A stretch of DNA of 63,835 bases, filler included, from Bigelowiella natans CCMP2755 (Eukaryota > Protista > Cercozoa): assembly GCA_000320545.1 (NCBI GenBank). It is 8 parts of 8 records of this genome, joined end to end, with 100 filler letters (N's around TTAATTAATTAA, not from the genome) between each part and the next. Parts side by side here need not be neighbours in the genome. Positions count along the whole stretch, not along the records: positions 36,981 to 48,513 come from ADNK01002314.1; positions 48,614 to 50,172 come from ADNK01003701.1; positions 50,273 to 58,604 come from ADNK01003545.1; 5 more parts are not named here. One strand, written 5' to 3'. Numbering within the stretch: the stretch's first letter is position 1; every line of letters starts with the position of its first letter. A program made the translations under genes and the position numbers. Below are positions 37,464 to 51,551 of this stretch, piece by piece. Below the pieces are notes generated by a model. It saw nothing but the letters and a program-made list of their open reading frames with translations, made no database searches and was not told the origin of the DNA.

Positions 37464-39132
37464 CCTTTCCGCATCCTGTCGAACTCATACAAGCTCTCCT
37501 CGATAGGCCTGTTTCGCCACGGGCTTGGGGGCTGCCTCTGCTTGAGCTTCTTCGCCTCCTTCACTTGTTCGCCGGTCATATGGCACACGTAGGCCTTGTT
37601 CTTTTTGATGAGGCTCACGGCGAAGTCGTAGAGCTTCTGGAACGAGTCCGAGCTGTATGTTACCTAATTCGAATGATGCCGGCGTTAAGAAAGTTAGCAA
37701 GAGAGAGACGGGGTGGGGGGGTAGGGGGAGGAGGAGGAGGAGGAGGAGGAGGAGGATGATGATGGTGGTGGTGGTGAAGATGATACGATTACAACGATGG
37801 TGAAATCCATAATCGTGATGACTCTTACTATTGATGATTTTGACCGATGATAGTAACAATGTGATGATATATGGCGGAGGAGGCAATGATGATGTGATGA
37901 TGATAACGATGATGCACCATAGCGAAAATCAGTGCTTGCTAACTACCTTCCAGATGTCGTGCCCCATGAACTTGACGTTCTCAATGATGTTATCGATGTA
38001 TTCCTTCTTTTCGGCCTCAGGATTTGTGTCGTCAAATCGCAAGTAGCACACCCCTCCCATCTTCTTCGAGACCTGAGATGGAAAGCATCAGAGAAATCGT
38101 GAAGGCGGATGCTGGGCTGCGGTTACTGTTGTGTGTTGTGCGATGATCTATCTATCCCCTCCCTCAACCCCGCTGCAATATCGCTGTTGCTGCCCTCTTC
38201 TACTTCGTCCTCTTCTTCTTCTTCTTCTTCTTCTTCTCCTGCAATGTTACAACAAACCCACCCCAAAGTTGAAGTTCATCGCCTTCGCATGGCCGATGTG
38301 CAGGAACCCGTTCGGCTCTGGAGGGAACCGCATCCGCATTTTCCCCTCTGTCCGCTTCAGATGGGCGGCCTTAATTTCATCACTGTTCTTATCCCTTTGT
38401 ATATGCATACATACCACCCCAGCAACAAGAGCAGAACAAGACTGTTATGGCTGCTACATGCTAGGCGGCTGCACGGGCACACAAGAGCCGCTCGAGGACC
38501 TCAAGAGCCGCTCGAGGACCTCAGGAGCGAAATAAATGATCGCTCATGGGGTTTTCGAGTAGTGGCAAAAGTAAGTCGAGTTCTGATGAGGAGTTGTCCT
38601 ATGATGACACACTGCCCATTCGGCACGGCAGCTCTCGCCATATCATCACAGGACATAACACCCCCATCTTCGATCTCGTCCTGCCTTACATACACACATC
38701 GCAGTTGCCTGGTTTATGATGATTGATGATTCTTTTTCGTCATCATCACTCGGAGATTCATGTTTCTGTATGTTGTTATCTATTACCAAGGGATGGGCCT
38801 CCCACTAAACAACGACATCAGGTCTTCGTTGGACATGTTAGCAACGTCGATGCCCTTGGCCTCCTCCTCGTCGGCTTTCTTCGCGTTCGTATCGTCCTTG
38901 CCCTTCTTCTTCTTGCCCGGCTTTTTGGCAGGCTTTTTGTTGTCCTCCTCGGTGCGAGGGCCAAGCTCCTTGAGAATCGCCTTTTCGAACTCCTCCATCA
39001 CCGTCTAAGTGGGGAGTAGAAGAAGAAGTAGAAGTGGTAGATAGTAGTAGCGATTGAGTATCAAAAGTGGCCATGGGTGAGGGTGATGCTGAGTGCGCGT
39101 AAAATTAGGAGGGGAAGGATATATATTGAATT

Positions 39133-39208
<76 letters not shown>

Positions 39209-40007
39209 CATATTGATTGAGGCTTTTGATCATGCAGTTCTCCTCTTCCCTAACCCCCCCCCCCCCCCTCTCCTTCTTCTCCTGACTTTCTGGTTGGCCC
39301 ATTTCAGCGCTTGTTTCGTCTTCCCAAACAGCTTGTTCTTAACCCGATATCGCTCTGACGCAAGCTCTGCTTTGTTCTCGTCCAATACTTTCTTGATCCC
39401 TGCCTGAATGTCCTCCGTTGTGAGAGTAATCCCAACGCCGCAAGCCTCCTCGAACTTCTTGGCGCTGAAATCAGCCGGGCCCTTCGTTAGCTGTTGGATG
39501 AGAGCATTTACCTGCGCCTTGGATGTCACCTTTTTCTCCACGACATATTTCAGGATGGGGCCGGCATTCTTAGCATCTGTGAAGTTCTTTACACGGGAAG
39601 CCACCTGCACAAATGACGGGTGTGTTTATTTTCTGCTGTTGGAAACATCCGTGCATAATTGGGAACCCCTCGATTCAAATCGTGCAAGGTGTGTGGGGAA
39701 TGGGGAGGGGTTATCGGGGGGAGGGAAATTGACTGGCATAGCAAGTTTGGCGAACCTCGAAGAGGAGGCTTCCAACTTCATATTCGCACGATTCCACACT
39801 GAGAAGTTACGAATTTGTTATCAAGGCGCACGTAATATTCGAGTCTCAGTGTCGAAAGCAAAGAAATTCCCTCCTCTTCAGAGAATATTACCCTGCTGCA
39901 GCCAGCACATCTTTGAGCTTCGCAACTAGCTTTTGATTCTTTAAGAGAGGCTCTGCCCGTTTCGAGGGGAACCCGATCGAATCGAAAAGCTTTTTTTCCT
40001 CTGACAT
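37464..40007 (-). CDS. QARS1: Cytosolic glutaminyl-tRNA synthetase, multi-exon, 3' part missing in gap
   Basis: [20 protein letters not shown]; eukaryotic N-terminal domain [16 protein letters not shown]; [23 protein letters not shown]; [19 protein letters not shown]; [34 protein letters not shown]. Confidence 0.95.
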
Positions 40008-40739
40008 TCGCCTCTTTCACGCTAACGGATACCTGACGACCCACAGTCCCCAAATTAATAAGAAAGTGTCAAGTTTGGCCAGGACATTTCACCCATGCCC
40101 CGATGATATCTTCCCCCTTCCCTCTTTCCGACTCAAACAAACGACAAAGATAACTACCTAGCTTTACTTTATTATTACTATTCGATTGCTGCTGTGGACC
40201 TTGTTCTTGTTCTTGTTCTTGTTCTTCTTCTTCTTCTTCTGAGTTGTGCGTGCCCTGTCTGTGTGCGGAGCGTGGGATCTAGCTGGCGAGGACTCAGGCT
40301 GGAAATTCGCAGGAGATTTTACATAACAAACGCTCATAAATAAATGTCGCATATCGCAAATATCACCTATTTGGCGGAATAGGTAGAACTGCGAGTCTGC
40401 GACAGAAAATGCAGGGAAAGAATTCAGAAATATATGAGCGACAATGCAAATTTTGCTGTCGCAGATACGAGACTGTCGACATCTGGAGGGCGTTCGTGTA
40501 ACACAGATATTTTATATTTGCGACATGGATTTCATGTTGCATTTTGTAACAAAAAACCTACATTCTTCGAACGGATTCTACCTCCCACGAACTTCGGAAC
40601 CTCGCCCATGGAGGCTCATTGCCATCTAGCCATTCTAGCATTTTGCACATTGAATTATCTCCAATCCAAACCTCTCAAGTTCCATACTTACTTGCTCCAG
40701 ATTTATTCCTGAGGAAGTTAGAATGTGGTCACCCTACAA

Positions 40740-41400
40740 ATGATGCGAAAACGCTACCTGCTAGCCTGGCTGAGTGAACGCCACGACGCTAGCGACGCTG
40801 GCTAGCTGGCTACAGCTGGCATGCGCTAGACACGCGGTGGCTTGGAACTGAAATGACAATCATTTGTTGTTTGGAGCCCAGGAATTCCAAGAGCAAATTC
40901 GGAGATTCCTTTGCCACTTGAACATCTCACCATGCTAGCTGTGTGCTAGCTAGCTAGCATGCCGCAAATGGGTTGTGGCATTTCTGAAATTTGAAAACAT
41001 TTGAATTCGAAATTCAGATGCGTGCCAGCTAGCTAGCGCTAGCTAGCGCTAGCTAGCTGGCGTGAGTTTCCGAAGCACCCTGGCTTGCTAGCTTGCATCC
41101 ATGGCGCGTGCACGCGCGACACACGTCTGCTGTGTTGTGTGGCATGCCATGCTAGCATGTCTGTTGTGCCCATGCACATCTTTTTGCATCTTGATGTCAA
41201 CATTGCTGCAGACAAACTTGCTAGCTTGTGCAATGAACAAACATGCAGATCTTAGGTCATCTAGTCATCTGCGTCATGCAGGCTAGCTAGCTAGCAGGTA
41301 GCCGAGTGTTGCGCGTAAGGCGTGGAGTAGACATGCAAGAATTAGACCAAAATGCACACTAGCGCAGCATGCTAGCATGCTGATAATTTCATACATGCGT
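40740..41400. repeat. TpA-depleted, CTAG-array-rich degenerate repeat tract 3
   Basis: Between ~40825 and 41250 essentially every TA is inside CTAG; arrays such as gctagctagcgctagctagcgctagctagc at 41027-41058. Confidence 0.8.
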
Positions 41401-41799
41401 GTTTTGCATGTTATTTGATCCCGCTTGATGTTTTCGACGAAATGCAAAACACCAATGCAATGATACTCACTTTCGATTTTACGGTACATTAGCAGGTCAG
41501 TAATACATAAGGTAAAAAGATTCACGAAGAAAATGAAAAAGAGAGGGAGGGAGGAAGAGAGAAGGAACCAGCTAACGCCACTGTCGGGGTTTCCTGGTGC
41601 ACCCTTCCATAATGGCAACGATATCGACATCATTTTTGTGTAGATTGTTTTGGAGGTACGAGTAATTTAGCTGTTACAATAATAGTATACTGATAGTTGA
41701 TGATGAAAAGACTGGTTGAGTAAACGGGAATTTATTATTTGATTGGTATTCAATCAAGGTACAAGGAGTATGTGTAGGGACTATGTACCCTGCGAGAAA

Positions 41800-43475
41800 A
41801 TATATATCTTACAGGGGGTCATTTGGGAAGAAGAATGGCTAGAGGGTGGGAATCTATAATGCCAATGTTTCCCGAACTCACGCAAGAGTTGATTGTCTTG
41901 GCTTTGTCCGGGCTCTTCCTCGGGGCCGAGGAATAACGATTTATGGGCATAAGAAGAAGCTTGTTTTTTTTTGTTTCGGAAGAAGCAGCTGCAGTACGGC
42001 GATGTGTTATTAATCATCATCAGCGTTGTCGTTTTCAGTGTTCGGCAATTGCACTCAGCTTAAAGTTGGCTGAGAGAGGAGATGAATCGATGAGGGAAGG
42101 AGAAAGCTCGCTTTTCTCCCCGCCACTCCCCCTCACTGCTTCCTCCTTCCTTACGTCACCATATTGCCATTATACTGTGCAAACCGTATCGTCGTCTCTG
42201 CAGGTCCTTGATATTCCGAGAAGTCGGAGTACGAGTCCGGGCGCAGAATCAGGCTGCATTGTAGCACGAGGTAGTAATGTTACGAAATGAAAGTCAAATA
42301 TCCCTAGCCATTTCCCCTCTTCCAAACTCCGCTCGCAATCCCTGATCTCTGTTGCTTCTTTTCTATGATGAGTGATGCGTGAGTGAGAACCTTAGCCTTA
42401 GCGGCATATCGGGAATGTTGACACCGGGTGTTCCAGACTGATACAGAACGCTCTCGTTGTCAACCAACCAGTGTATGTAGTGCGGGCGCCATTTTATCTA
42501 TAATCACGTAAGGATCCGTGAGAAGAGAATTATGAACAGGAGCGGGCATTTATGGTCGATAGGAAGCAGCGCGGTTTTGCACGCATATATTGTTAATACT
42601 GTCTTCTTTTAATACTAGTGTCTTAGTTCTACTGAGGGTTACACAACGGATGGACTTTCCCTTCAACGTCGCCCCTCCTCTGACTACGTACGGGTATTTC
42701 TCGCAAATGATGATGTTTCAATTACCTGGAAGAGGTGGTACTCCTTGCTGAAATCCCTGGTTGGGAAATGGTACATGCCTCCCCCGCCCTTGTTTGCGTA
42801 GTATGTGACCGTGAAGTTGTTGTACGACCACCGAGAAAGGATGCAGAAGTTTATCTGTTCGGTCGTAACGATTTGCAGAGCAGCCAGCCACATATATTCA
42901 GACACGCGAGAGGTCAGTTGCCAGCACCCCGGAGCAAAAACCCATGCAAAATACGATGACACTCAGCCCAATTATGTACAATCACCACAATGAAAAGGAC
43001 ACATACGACACGCTTCCCCCTTTAAAGACCAAATTTAGACAACGACGACTTCTACTATATAATGATGGCGGCGCACTCTCTCTTTTGTCTTTATCGTATT
43101 ACCTCTTGCTTGACTTCGGCAGTTTTATCGCTTCCAAAGAGCGCGAAGCAGGTCTCCGCGTTCTTAGAGCCGGGTTTTTTTCCTTTTCCATGGCCTGCCT
43201 TGAGGTATACTGAGAAATCGCCGTAAAGATACCGCTGGTAGCTCTGAACCTCAGCAGTGCCGTATGCCGTATTGTACGATTCGCTGTTGGAGTAATAATG
43301 GGAATGAGTATTGTTTTCCAACCCATGATAACACAAGCTTCCCGCTTCTCCCCAACTTTCTCGCATTCGATTCAAACCTGCACTCATTTTTGGTGTCGTC
43401 CATGCGGAGAACAAGGCCAAGCGGGTTGAAGGAAATATGCCTTCCTTCTGGCGTCAGGCAATATGCAGCACCTAT

Positions 43476-43529
<54 letters not shown>

Positions 43530-44219
43530 ATCACACTTGATTCTCTCCCCTATTTCATACATGTAGCTCCTTTGATCCCCCTTCGCCCTCCTCCATTCTC
43601 TTTATTAGCACTAGGTACATTTGGCCTGGCCGTTGGCGCCCGGGGCATACTTCGGAATGCAAGTTTTCTGGAATGTTCGTGGCGATTTCCAGTACTCAGT
43701 GTCGAGCCCAAGGAAGTAGTCGAAGAAAGCGTTGCTGCATTGGGATATTGAAAACGAGAAATCATCATTATCAAAAGCAGTAGCTGAGCAATTCTTTAAA
43801 CTCGGACGGGTCCGTAAACGTGTGCACAGCCCAAAATCATGTCAAAAGTGAGGGTGAATGACTTACTCTGTTCTGACATCGGTAGGAGATTCGCCCGCCC
43901 ATGACGCTGGCGAGCCGAACATCCACCCAACACCTAAATACAGACGACGGCGAGAAAAATAGAACATGAGTCGATCGATTCCTGTGTGCCGACTTCATTT
44001 TGCACATCTATCCCAAAGCACGCAACATAATGACACTAACAACATATATGTTTGCTCGTGTGCAAATTTACCGAGCCCTGTAGCAATTCCGAGAAGGAGG
44101 GACACCCACACCAACTGGGACTGACGCTTTTCCGGCTTCCCAGATAGCTTTTCATAGCTCCCGTACGTAGTCGAAAAACCTCCTCCGCCATTTATCTTCA
44201 CATCGGTCTCAATTGCCAT
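41800..44219 (-). CDS. GH16 (lichenase/beta-glucanase-like) protein with N-terminal membrane anchor and degenerate catalytic motif
   Basis: Exons ESYNTAYGTAEVQSYQRYLYGDFSVYLKAG..TCFALFG..KQE|INFCIL..RDFSKEYHLFQ|IKWRPHYIHWLVDN|..GPAETTIRFAQY match the GH16 beta-jelly-roll pattern. N-terminus has LVWVSLLLGIATGL. The 3' end is approximate. Confidence 0.72.
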
Positions 44220-45659
44220 GATAGGGTAAGAATCTCTTGAGAGATAAGATTTTCCAAGATTAAAGAAAGAAGCCTAGATCTGAGATTCTTCTCGATCTCC
44301 TCTAATCGTTACGATCCTCCTAAGAATCCAACGGATATCATTGGTCAGATGTTGACAGAGGCACGCTTGGGACCCGAATTTGGAGTATGCATGATCTATT
44401 TATTCTCGTAAGGTAAATTTGAGTGTTTTCATTCGGCACGGGACTCGTATGAGTTGATTTATGTGAAAAAGGCTTTTTTTTGGTCTGAGGGTATGTGTTC
44501 CGTGCGTAACGATTTAACGGGAACACGCACGGCACAGATTCATTGATGCACTAAGGATATACCCTAGGGAAATAAATTTCGAAACATACTGGAAGAACAA
44601 TTACTTGAAACTCAAAAAAGTGGCTCGTGTAGGAGAGACTAATACGTAGATGGGCAGGGGGAGGGAGCTATGCTTCGAGACACCTTCCGAAGGATTCAGA
44701 TTTAGATGATATTGCGTGTGTTCTCTTGCCCAGATATACGACAGAAAGACAACCAGATGGAGAGAATCTATAGAGAAAAACATTCCCTTTTTCGTGATAA
44801 TTTATATTACCGGGATTCGGTATGTTCCCTGTGCTCTCTTTTAGACTGACACTCTATTCGCTGATCTGGATGTCTCGAGACTCTCCTGAGACAAGAAATT
44901 CCCAAAAACGGGCAAAATGCCGTCAATGCCCAGAGGCATCAACGTACGGCACGAACACGGATACCACTTCTTGTTTACCGTTAGGAGCAGCAAAAACATC
45001 CACCAAAAACCAGAGCGACAACATTTTTCCATGTCGCTCTTTGAATTTCACCCCGGCCTTTTTGAAGCGAATTCATCAACAGAATCGCTTTCGAAGAAGA
45101 AATGCTTGCGATTTCTGGGTGGCCAAGCCTTAATGAGGCAAAATGCGCCGTTCGTGTGCCGCACAACTTCTTCTATCCTGGATTAATCCGAAAATTTTGT
45201 TTGGAACAAAATATTTGGATTAATCCAGTATAGAAGAATCTGTACAGCAATGTGCTGGCTTGAGGCGACACAATAACAAGCTAAGTCCGGTTCAAAAGAA
45301 TCATTTTTTTCAGATGTTTCTTCGATAGGAATATTCAAAAAGGATTGCTCAAAATATGAGCAAGATAAATCAGATGTATTCCGCACGAAGTTTGTTAACG
45401 GTTCCACAGATCGCTCAAAACTGCAAGCGAAAAGAGCACGGTAGGGCTGCTGCTCCAAGCCTCGTGCACAGCGGCATTTATACATTGTGTGGAGAGACCA
45501 AAGACACGGCGATGCTAACCCTCCACCGCAGTTTGATACTGTAAGTATTCATCCTTTTACGCGGCGAAAGACATCGTTGCCCGTTGTGTCTATCAGATCT
45601 CAAAATGATTTTACAGGTCGGTCGACGCTCTAAAGAGGAAAAGAGGGAGAATACGGTCC

Positions 45660-46396
45660 ATGTTTTCGCTGGCAGGAACGAGACATGGCTCCTTCCTTAT
45701 CGCGAGCGTGAAAAGATCATCTGAGGGCTCACGCAAATTGACTCAAAAGTTAAGGAGATTTTGTGCACGGCCCTCCTGTCCGTTCCCGGCGTCATTCCAA
45801 TCACCCTCCCATATAGATATGCGAGCAGATCGCCGCATCTCTTTTCACAGTGTCTGTAGCGAATCGGGAGGGTTGTGGGGGAGAAGCGAAACTAACAAAA
45901 AGCACGTTAGAGCAGTCCGGACGAGTTGCAGCAGTAACACGAATGGATCTTCTTCGTCGTCATCGAAGTATCCCCGCAAGCGTAAGGACAACAACAACGA
46001 CGGCGGCGACGACGACGATGATGACTCTACGTCTTGGTCGAGGAGATTCGTTTTTGCGGGCAAAATTACACTGGGGCTTGCGTTGGCGTGCACGGCGAAC
46101 GGTTTGTCTTAAAAAAACAACTCATCAAAACATAAAAGGAAGAAAATGAGAAAACAAGCTCCGCCGCGTGCTTGCTTTAGCATACTCGGCGCAGCATGCC
46201 GGGGCGAAATGAATTTCATAGTACTATAAAGACAATTATAATTGGTGAGACCGAAGTAGTCCATAGATTCCTATCCTGAAATTCTACATCTGCCGCTGCT
46301 GTTCATATAATCAGCTGCGCTCTCAGAAATCTTTCGAAGATGTGAAGTAGCGTTTCCACCAGGGATAGCGGGAATGGTCGGTATAAAAGCTGGATA

Positions 46397-46430
<34 letters not shown>

Positions 46431-47215
46431 CACGAACTGTACATCTACACGTAAGGACAACCAGTAACTCCGTTGTCCACCTTACGTCCAGAGATAGAAG
46501 TCATGAGCAGAAGAAGATGACATCGTTCCCAGCGATGTGGTCACCAGAAGCAGTTTTTTTTCTGCCTTCATTTTGTGCAGATGATGAGAGCTGTGCGGAT
46601 TCTTAGGTCGCGACATGTCTCGCATTCTCAGTCAGTTCCCGGATTGCGCCCTCTGCCACGAAGTCCCTTGAGCGTTTCCTAGCCCCTACACTGCAGGTCG
46701 CCATGTGACAAATCATCATTGAATGCCGCGCGTTGGCTAAATTTTTGAAGGGTCAATGAGGGATTCTAGGCGTGCGTTTGTGCGTGCACCGAAATATATG
46801 ATTTGCCTTATCATGCGCCCGATTGTCCTTATGCATGTGAGTGAGTGAGTGTGTGTGTGTGTGTGTGTGTGTGTTTGTGTTTTCAGTTCGTTTCTCTGCA
46901 TCTAGCGATGCTGTTTGGTCCTGCTCTAGTGATGCTTCCGACGATTGACTTTGGTGGAGGGGACGAGGGGGAAGGCGGTGGAAGAGGAGGAGGTCGCAAA
47001 GTGCTTTGTATGCGTCCTCGCTACTCGCTTCTGCAAACTTGCCTTCTCTCTCTCTTTCTCCATAGAGACGAAAATACATGATATATTCGATGATCTAAAC
47101 ATTCTAAGGGGCCAAGGCTATGCGGCTCATGGCAGTCATAGCGCTCGGATTTGGAGGTAAGTGCCGAGTCAAGACCGTTTTCAGCGTAGTGGATATATAT
47201 CTTTTCCATCCCCCC

Positions 47216-47256
<41 letters not shown>

Positions 47257-47470
47257 CTTTCCCTCTTTCACACACCACACACACATAGACAGACAGACAG
47301 AAATGCACGCACAAACTTAATTTGATTGGCACCATCATATTGCTCGGTAGGGTCTTTTGTTTCAACTGTCTTCATATCACGCTTCTTCCTGTATATATCC
47401 AGGTGCTCCTACTTTCCTCACTTGTTCTGTCTCTGTGTGTGTTACATGTTCGCAAACGGAAAGAAAAAAC

Positions 47471-47509
<39 letters not shown>

Positions 47510-47613
47510 GCATATAATACAATCATCATTGTTATCGCCGCCTCCTTCTCCTCATTACTACTACCACTGTTACAGCTATACCTCTCCTTGAGAATGACGT
47601 ATTTTACTCTCCT

Positions 47614-47657
<44 letters not shown>

Positions 47658-48420
47658 CGCTAGTCGCTTTGGTAACAGATCCACGATGACAGCAGCAGCA
47701 AAGGCAGACATCCCGTGGGTTCCGAAATGAAAACACAGCTTATTTTGGACGCGTGTGTGTGCGCGCGGGCGCGTGCGTGTGTGCGTGTGTGCGTGTGTGC
47801 GTGTGTGCGTGTGTGCGTGTGTGCGTGGCTATCTCCCTCTCAGAAATCTTCTCCCACAACGCTGCATTTTGGGTATTCACTCCGATCATCGTCGCGCGTA
47901 TTCCGTACGTGTTACTGTTGGGGGCTGCATACAGATGCCGTCTGGCCCTTTATCAGTGATTTCCCCTATTTTATTTCTTCCTACTCCTCCTCCTCCTCCT
48001 CCTCCTCCTCCTCCTCCTCCTCGTAATTTCCCACACAGATCTATCAACGGACGCCGGTGGATGGAGACGACTCTTCCATATTGGTACTTTAAGGCAGCCA
48101 TTCGTTGCGGACAAACCCTTCCTCCTCTCTCCCTCCCCCCCTGTATCCTCTCGCGTAATAATAACCCATTATTTTCAGGTGTTTACTCGGCGCCTTGGGG
48201 TTCCCCATGGCAGCTAGGAACCCAACAGACGCCGTAGCATGTTTTCCGTACTTACTAGCGCTGACGGGAGGGGGCTTCTCCGCTGGGTTTCTGCTTCCCA
48301 CGATCCTCAGGTCGCGTTTAACGAATACGTGCATGGCCACTATATATAACACCTTTCTCATCAGAGTGTTCCTCCCACCCGTGGCGACATGCATGGTCGC
48401 GACATGGGCAGGTCCGGCTT
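45660..48420 (+). CDS. Hypothetical multi-exon membrane protein
   Basis: Exon-like segments SRRFVFAGKITLGLALA, VATCLAFSVSSRIAPSATKSLERFLAPTLQ, EIFSHNAAFWVFTPIIVARIP, CLLGALGFPMAARNPTDAVACFPYLLALTGGGFSAGFLLPTIL with GT-AG borders. Family not recognised. Confidence 0.4.
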
Positions 48421-48513
48421 GACGCTACCCGCATTGAGAAGCTAATATCATGGAAGAGAGAGGGGGTGGTGGGGGAGGGAGGTGGGGGAGAGAGGTGAGT
48501 GAGGTATACGTAG

Positions 48514-48613
48514 NNNNNNNNNNNNNNNNNNNNNNNNNNNNNNNNNNNNNNNNNNNNTTAATTAATTAANNNNNNNNNNNNNNNNNNNNNNNNNNNNNNN
48601 NNNNNNNNNNNNN
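48514..48613. other. Assembly gap
   Basis: N-run with TTAATTAATTAA. Confidence 0.97.
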
Positions 48614-48649
48614 TGCACGCGACCACAAGTATTCATATCCCCCCCCCCC

Positions 48650-49131
48650 CCGTATTTCTCCTCCTCCTCCTCCTCCTCCTCCACAACCCTGTTATCACAA
48701 CCAACAGGTACATAGAGCCAGAGGAGGGCGAACGGAAAGGGACGCCATCGTCCTCGCCGTCGATCTCCGAAGCCACCGAGAAACCTGAGGGGGGGGGGGA
48801 GGGAATCGGCCGGGTCGGGGAAAGCTCTTCTCCTCCTCCTCCTCCTCCTCCTGGTGATTATGGGGAGATCCGAAATCACAGCAGCAATGCTGCTGCGTGC
48901 GACTGGAATTGGGAACAACAGAACGATGAAGTCATCCTCATGATTCCCGGTAGTAGTAGTTGTTGTTGTTGGATGTATCGCTTCTATGGCCTGTGTTTTG
49001 CGTGTGCTGTGCGTTGATAAATAATCATGCGTCTCATGCCGTAGTCAAGCGAGGGGTGACGGCCAGGGACGTGAAACTGCGGATCAGGACTACCGTGTAT
49101 GGCCAACATATACAATGAATATGAATTTATA

Positions 49132-49176
<45 letters not shown>

Positions 49177-50504
49177 GGTGTATTATATTTATATCCCCCC
49201 CCCCCCCCCTCTCTCTTGCTCTCTCTCTCTCTCTCTTTCTCTTTCTCTCTCTCTCTCCTCTCTCTTTCTATCTTCTTCTCTTTGTCTCTTCCTTCCCCCG
49301 CTTTGCCCCTGCGATCTGGCGCCTTGCCATTAAAACCCATCATCATTTCATCAGAGGCAATGGAACGAGGCTTTCCCTGAGCGTCCTCGAGGCCGCAGGA
49401 GAGCAAGGTAACCTAGTAAAGCAGACACGTGCCGAATGGAACAAAAATCAAGCCAAGACTACCCCACCATATCGTTTGATAACAATCGTCAAAATGCGAA
49501 TCGATGTACTTCTCTCCTCCTCCTCCTCCTCCTCCTCCTCCTCCTACCTATTGTTCTGCTGCTACTGCCTACAATTTCGACAAAAGGTGGGGGCCAGCAG
49601 CTCAAGCGCCCAATCTTTGAAGACGAGGAGATATGGGGGTTTGTTGATGGTGAGTAGGAGGTTGGGGAGGGGGGGGGAGGGGGGTAAAGGTGTATGTTAC
49701 AAAGATGAGGTGATGAAGAATTGTTTCTGGACGGAAGAGAACAAGAGAGTGAGAGTGAGAGAGGGAGATCAAACAACGTATTCGTCTCATCACAAGACGC
49801 CTCCCTCTCTCACCACCTTCTCTCCTCCTCCCCCCCCTCCTTCTCCTCGCTTGATTCGTTTCCTTACTCCCCTTTCATAAGAGGAAGAGAGTAGCTTTTC
49901 GGTTGAGCAAGTCCGAGGACAGAACTGTCTGGTGCTGAATCTGGTCAAGATTGACAAGGTAGGAGAAGCAAGGAAGCCAGAAAATGCCGGGGGGGGGGGG
50001 AAAGGAGGGGGAGGAGTAAAGTAAGAGGACACGTAATGTTTGTTCGTTTGTTTCCCCGGTCCCCCCTCCCCGGAACCCAAAAAATTCGAAAAAAGGTTTT
50101 TTCTAACTTTCCTGTACCCCCGGGGGGCCCCCAAAAAGAAAGAAACTTTTTTCCCCCCCCCCCCCCCCTTCCNNNNNNNNNNNNNNNNNNNNNNNNNNNN
50201 NNNNNNNNNNNNNNNNTTAATTAATTAANNNNNNNNNNNNNNNNNNNNNNNNNNNNNNNNNNNNNNNNNNNNCTGTAGGCGAAACATGCTAAATCATCAC
50301 TATATCTTTGCAACTAATCATAACGTAAAGTAGTAGTAGTAGTAGCATTTTGCCCATCATTACTCATGTACAGACGATGCATCAATTCTTCATTATTCCC
50401 AAGTTTTTTTTAAAAATCAGCCGGTTGTTTGTGACCTGCGACAACGACGCTCGCATCGCCATGCTCTACTTGGCAGATTCCCTAGAAGGAAAGATTAGGA
50501 GGAG

Positions 50505-50536
<32 letters not shown>

Positions 50537-50583
50537 AATTAGATTGGTATGATATTGTAATATATATATATATATATATATAT

Positions 50584-50621
<38 letters not shown>

Positions 50622-50917
50622 AATTAAATTTGTCCTGCAACTAGCTGGCAAAAGCTTCATTTTTCCTGTCCGATAAGAGAGGAGAGCACCAAATTTCTCT
50701 TGAGCAGATACGTATGAGATCTCCCCCCCCCGCCCCCCCCCCTTTTTTCTCCCTCCCTCCTCGCAGGCTGCAACGATTAGATTCGAAGGGCCTGAATGCT
50801 ATAGATGACCTTCCCGAGCATAGCGGCATCCAGACGCCCACTGTGACGGCTACACCCGTGGCAGAGCCTCGAGCCATCTATGACATCGCCAGAGGCAGCA
50901 CAAACGTAAAAACAACG

Positions 50918-50956
<39 letters not shown>

Positions 50957-51517
50957 ATGCTACTGATGAGTTCATCATGCCTGCGCTGCTGCTGCTGCTC
51001 ACTTCACTAATCCACGCCGTGTCCCTCCTCCCAACGCACAGGCTGATCACTCGCCCAGCAGTCGAAGAGGAGGGGGAGAGGAGGAGGAGGAGGAGGAGGA
51101 GGGAGAAGGGCTGGGTAGCAGCTCGGCCGCAGTTTACGTCGAGGGGGGGGGGGATATTGAAAGCAGATGCAACAGGGTCACAACAACTGGCTCTCCCTCA
51201 AGGGTTGTCTTCTCATTTAGCTCTGCGTCACCCCAATAAAAGCCCCAGCCATATGCGCTCACCCCCCTCCGCTGGCGGGGACGGTGAAGGCGGAACTTGC
51301 CTTTACCGCCCGGCTCCTAGTGCTGTGTCCACCCCCTCGGCGTTGTCCCTTCGGCTTTTCCCTCCGGCTTCTTCCCCTTCGCCTCGAATAACAGATACCA
51401 GCGGCAAACCGATCATCACCTGCTGCCACGGTTGTAGCAGCGCGGAATATGCTCGCGCTCTAATTTAGCCACCGATCTCCAAATGTTCGTGTTTGTGTGC
51501 GTGTGAGTGGGAGTGTG

Positions 51518-51551
<34 letters not shown>

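Noticed and set aside
38482-38521. 20-bp tandem repeat caagagccgctcgaggacct x2
   Set aside because: Simple duplication in a GlnRS intron with no spacer.
44820-45500. Overlapping short ORFs on both strands between the GH16 gene and the next gene
   Set aside because: No consistent spliced model or motif could be built; unresolved.
46449-46485. Imperfect hairpin acgtaaggacaac..gttgtccaccttacgt
   Set aside because: Short, bulged, intronic and single; compatible with chance.
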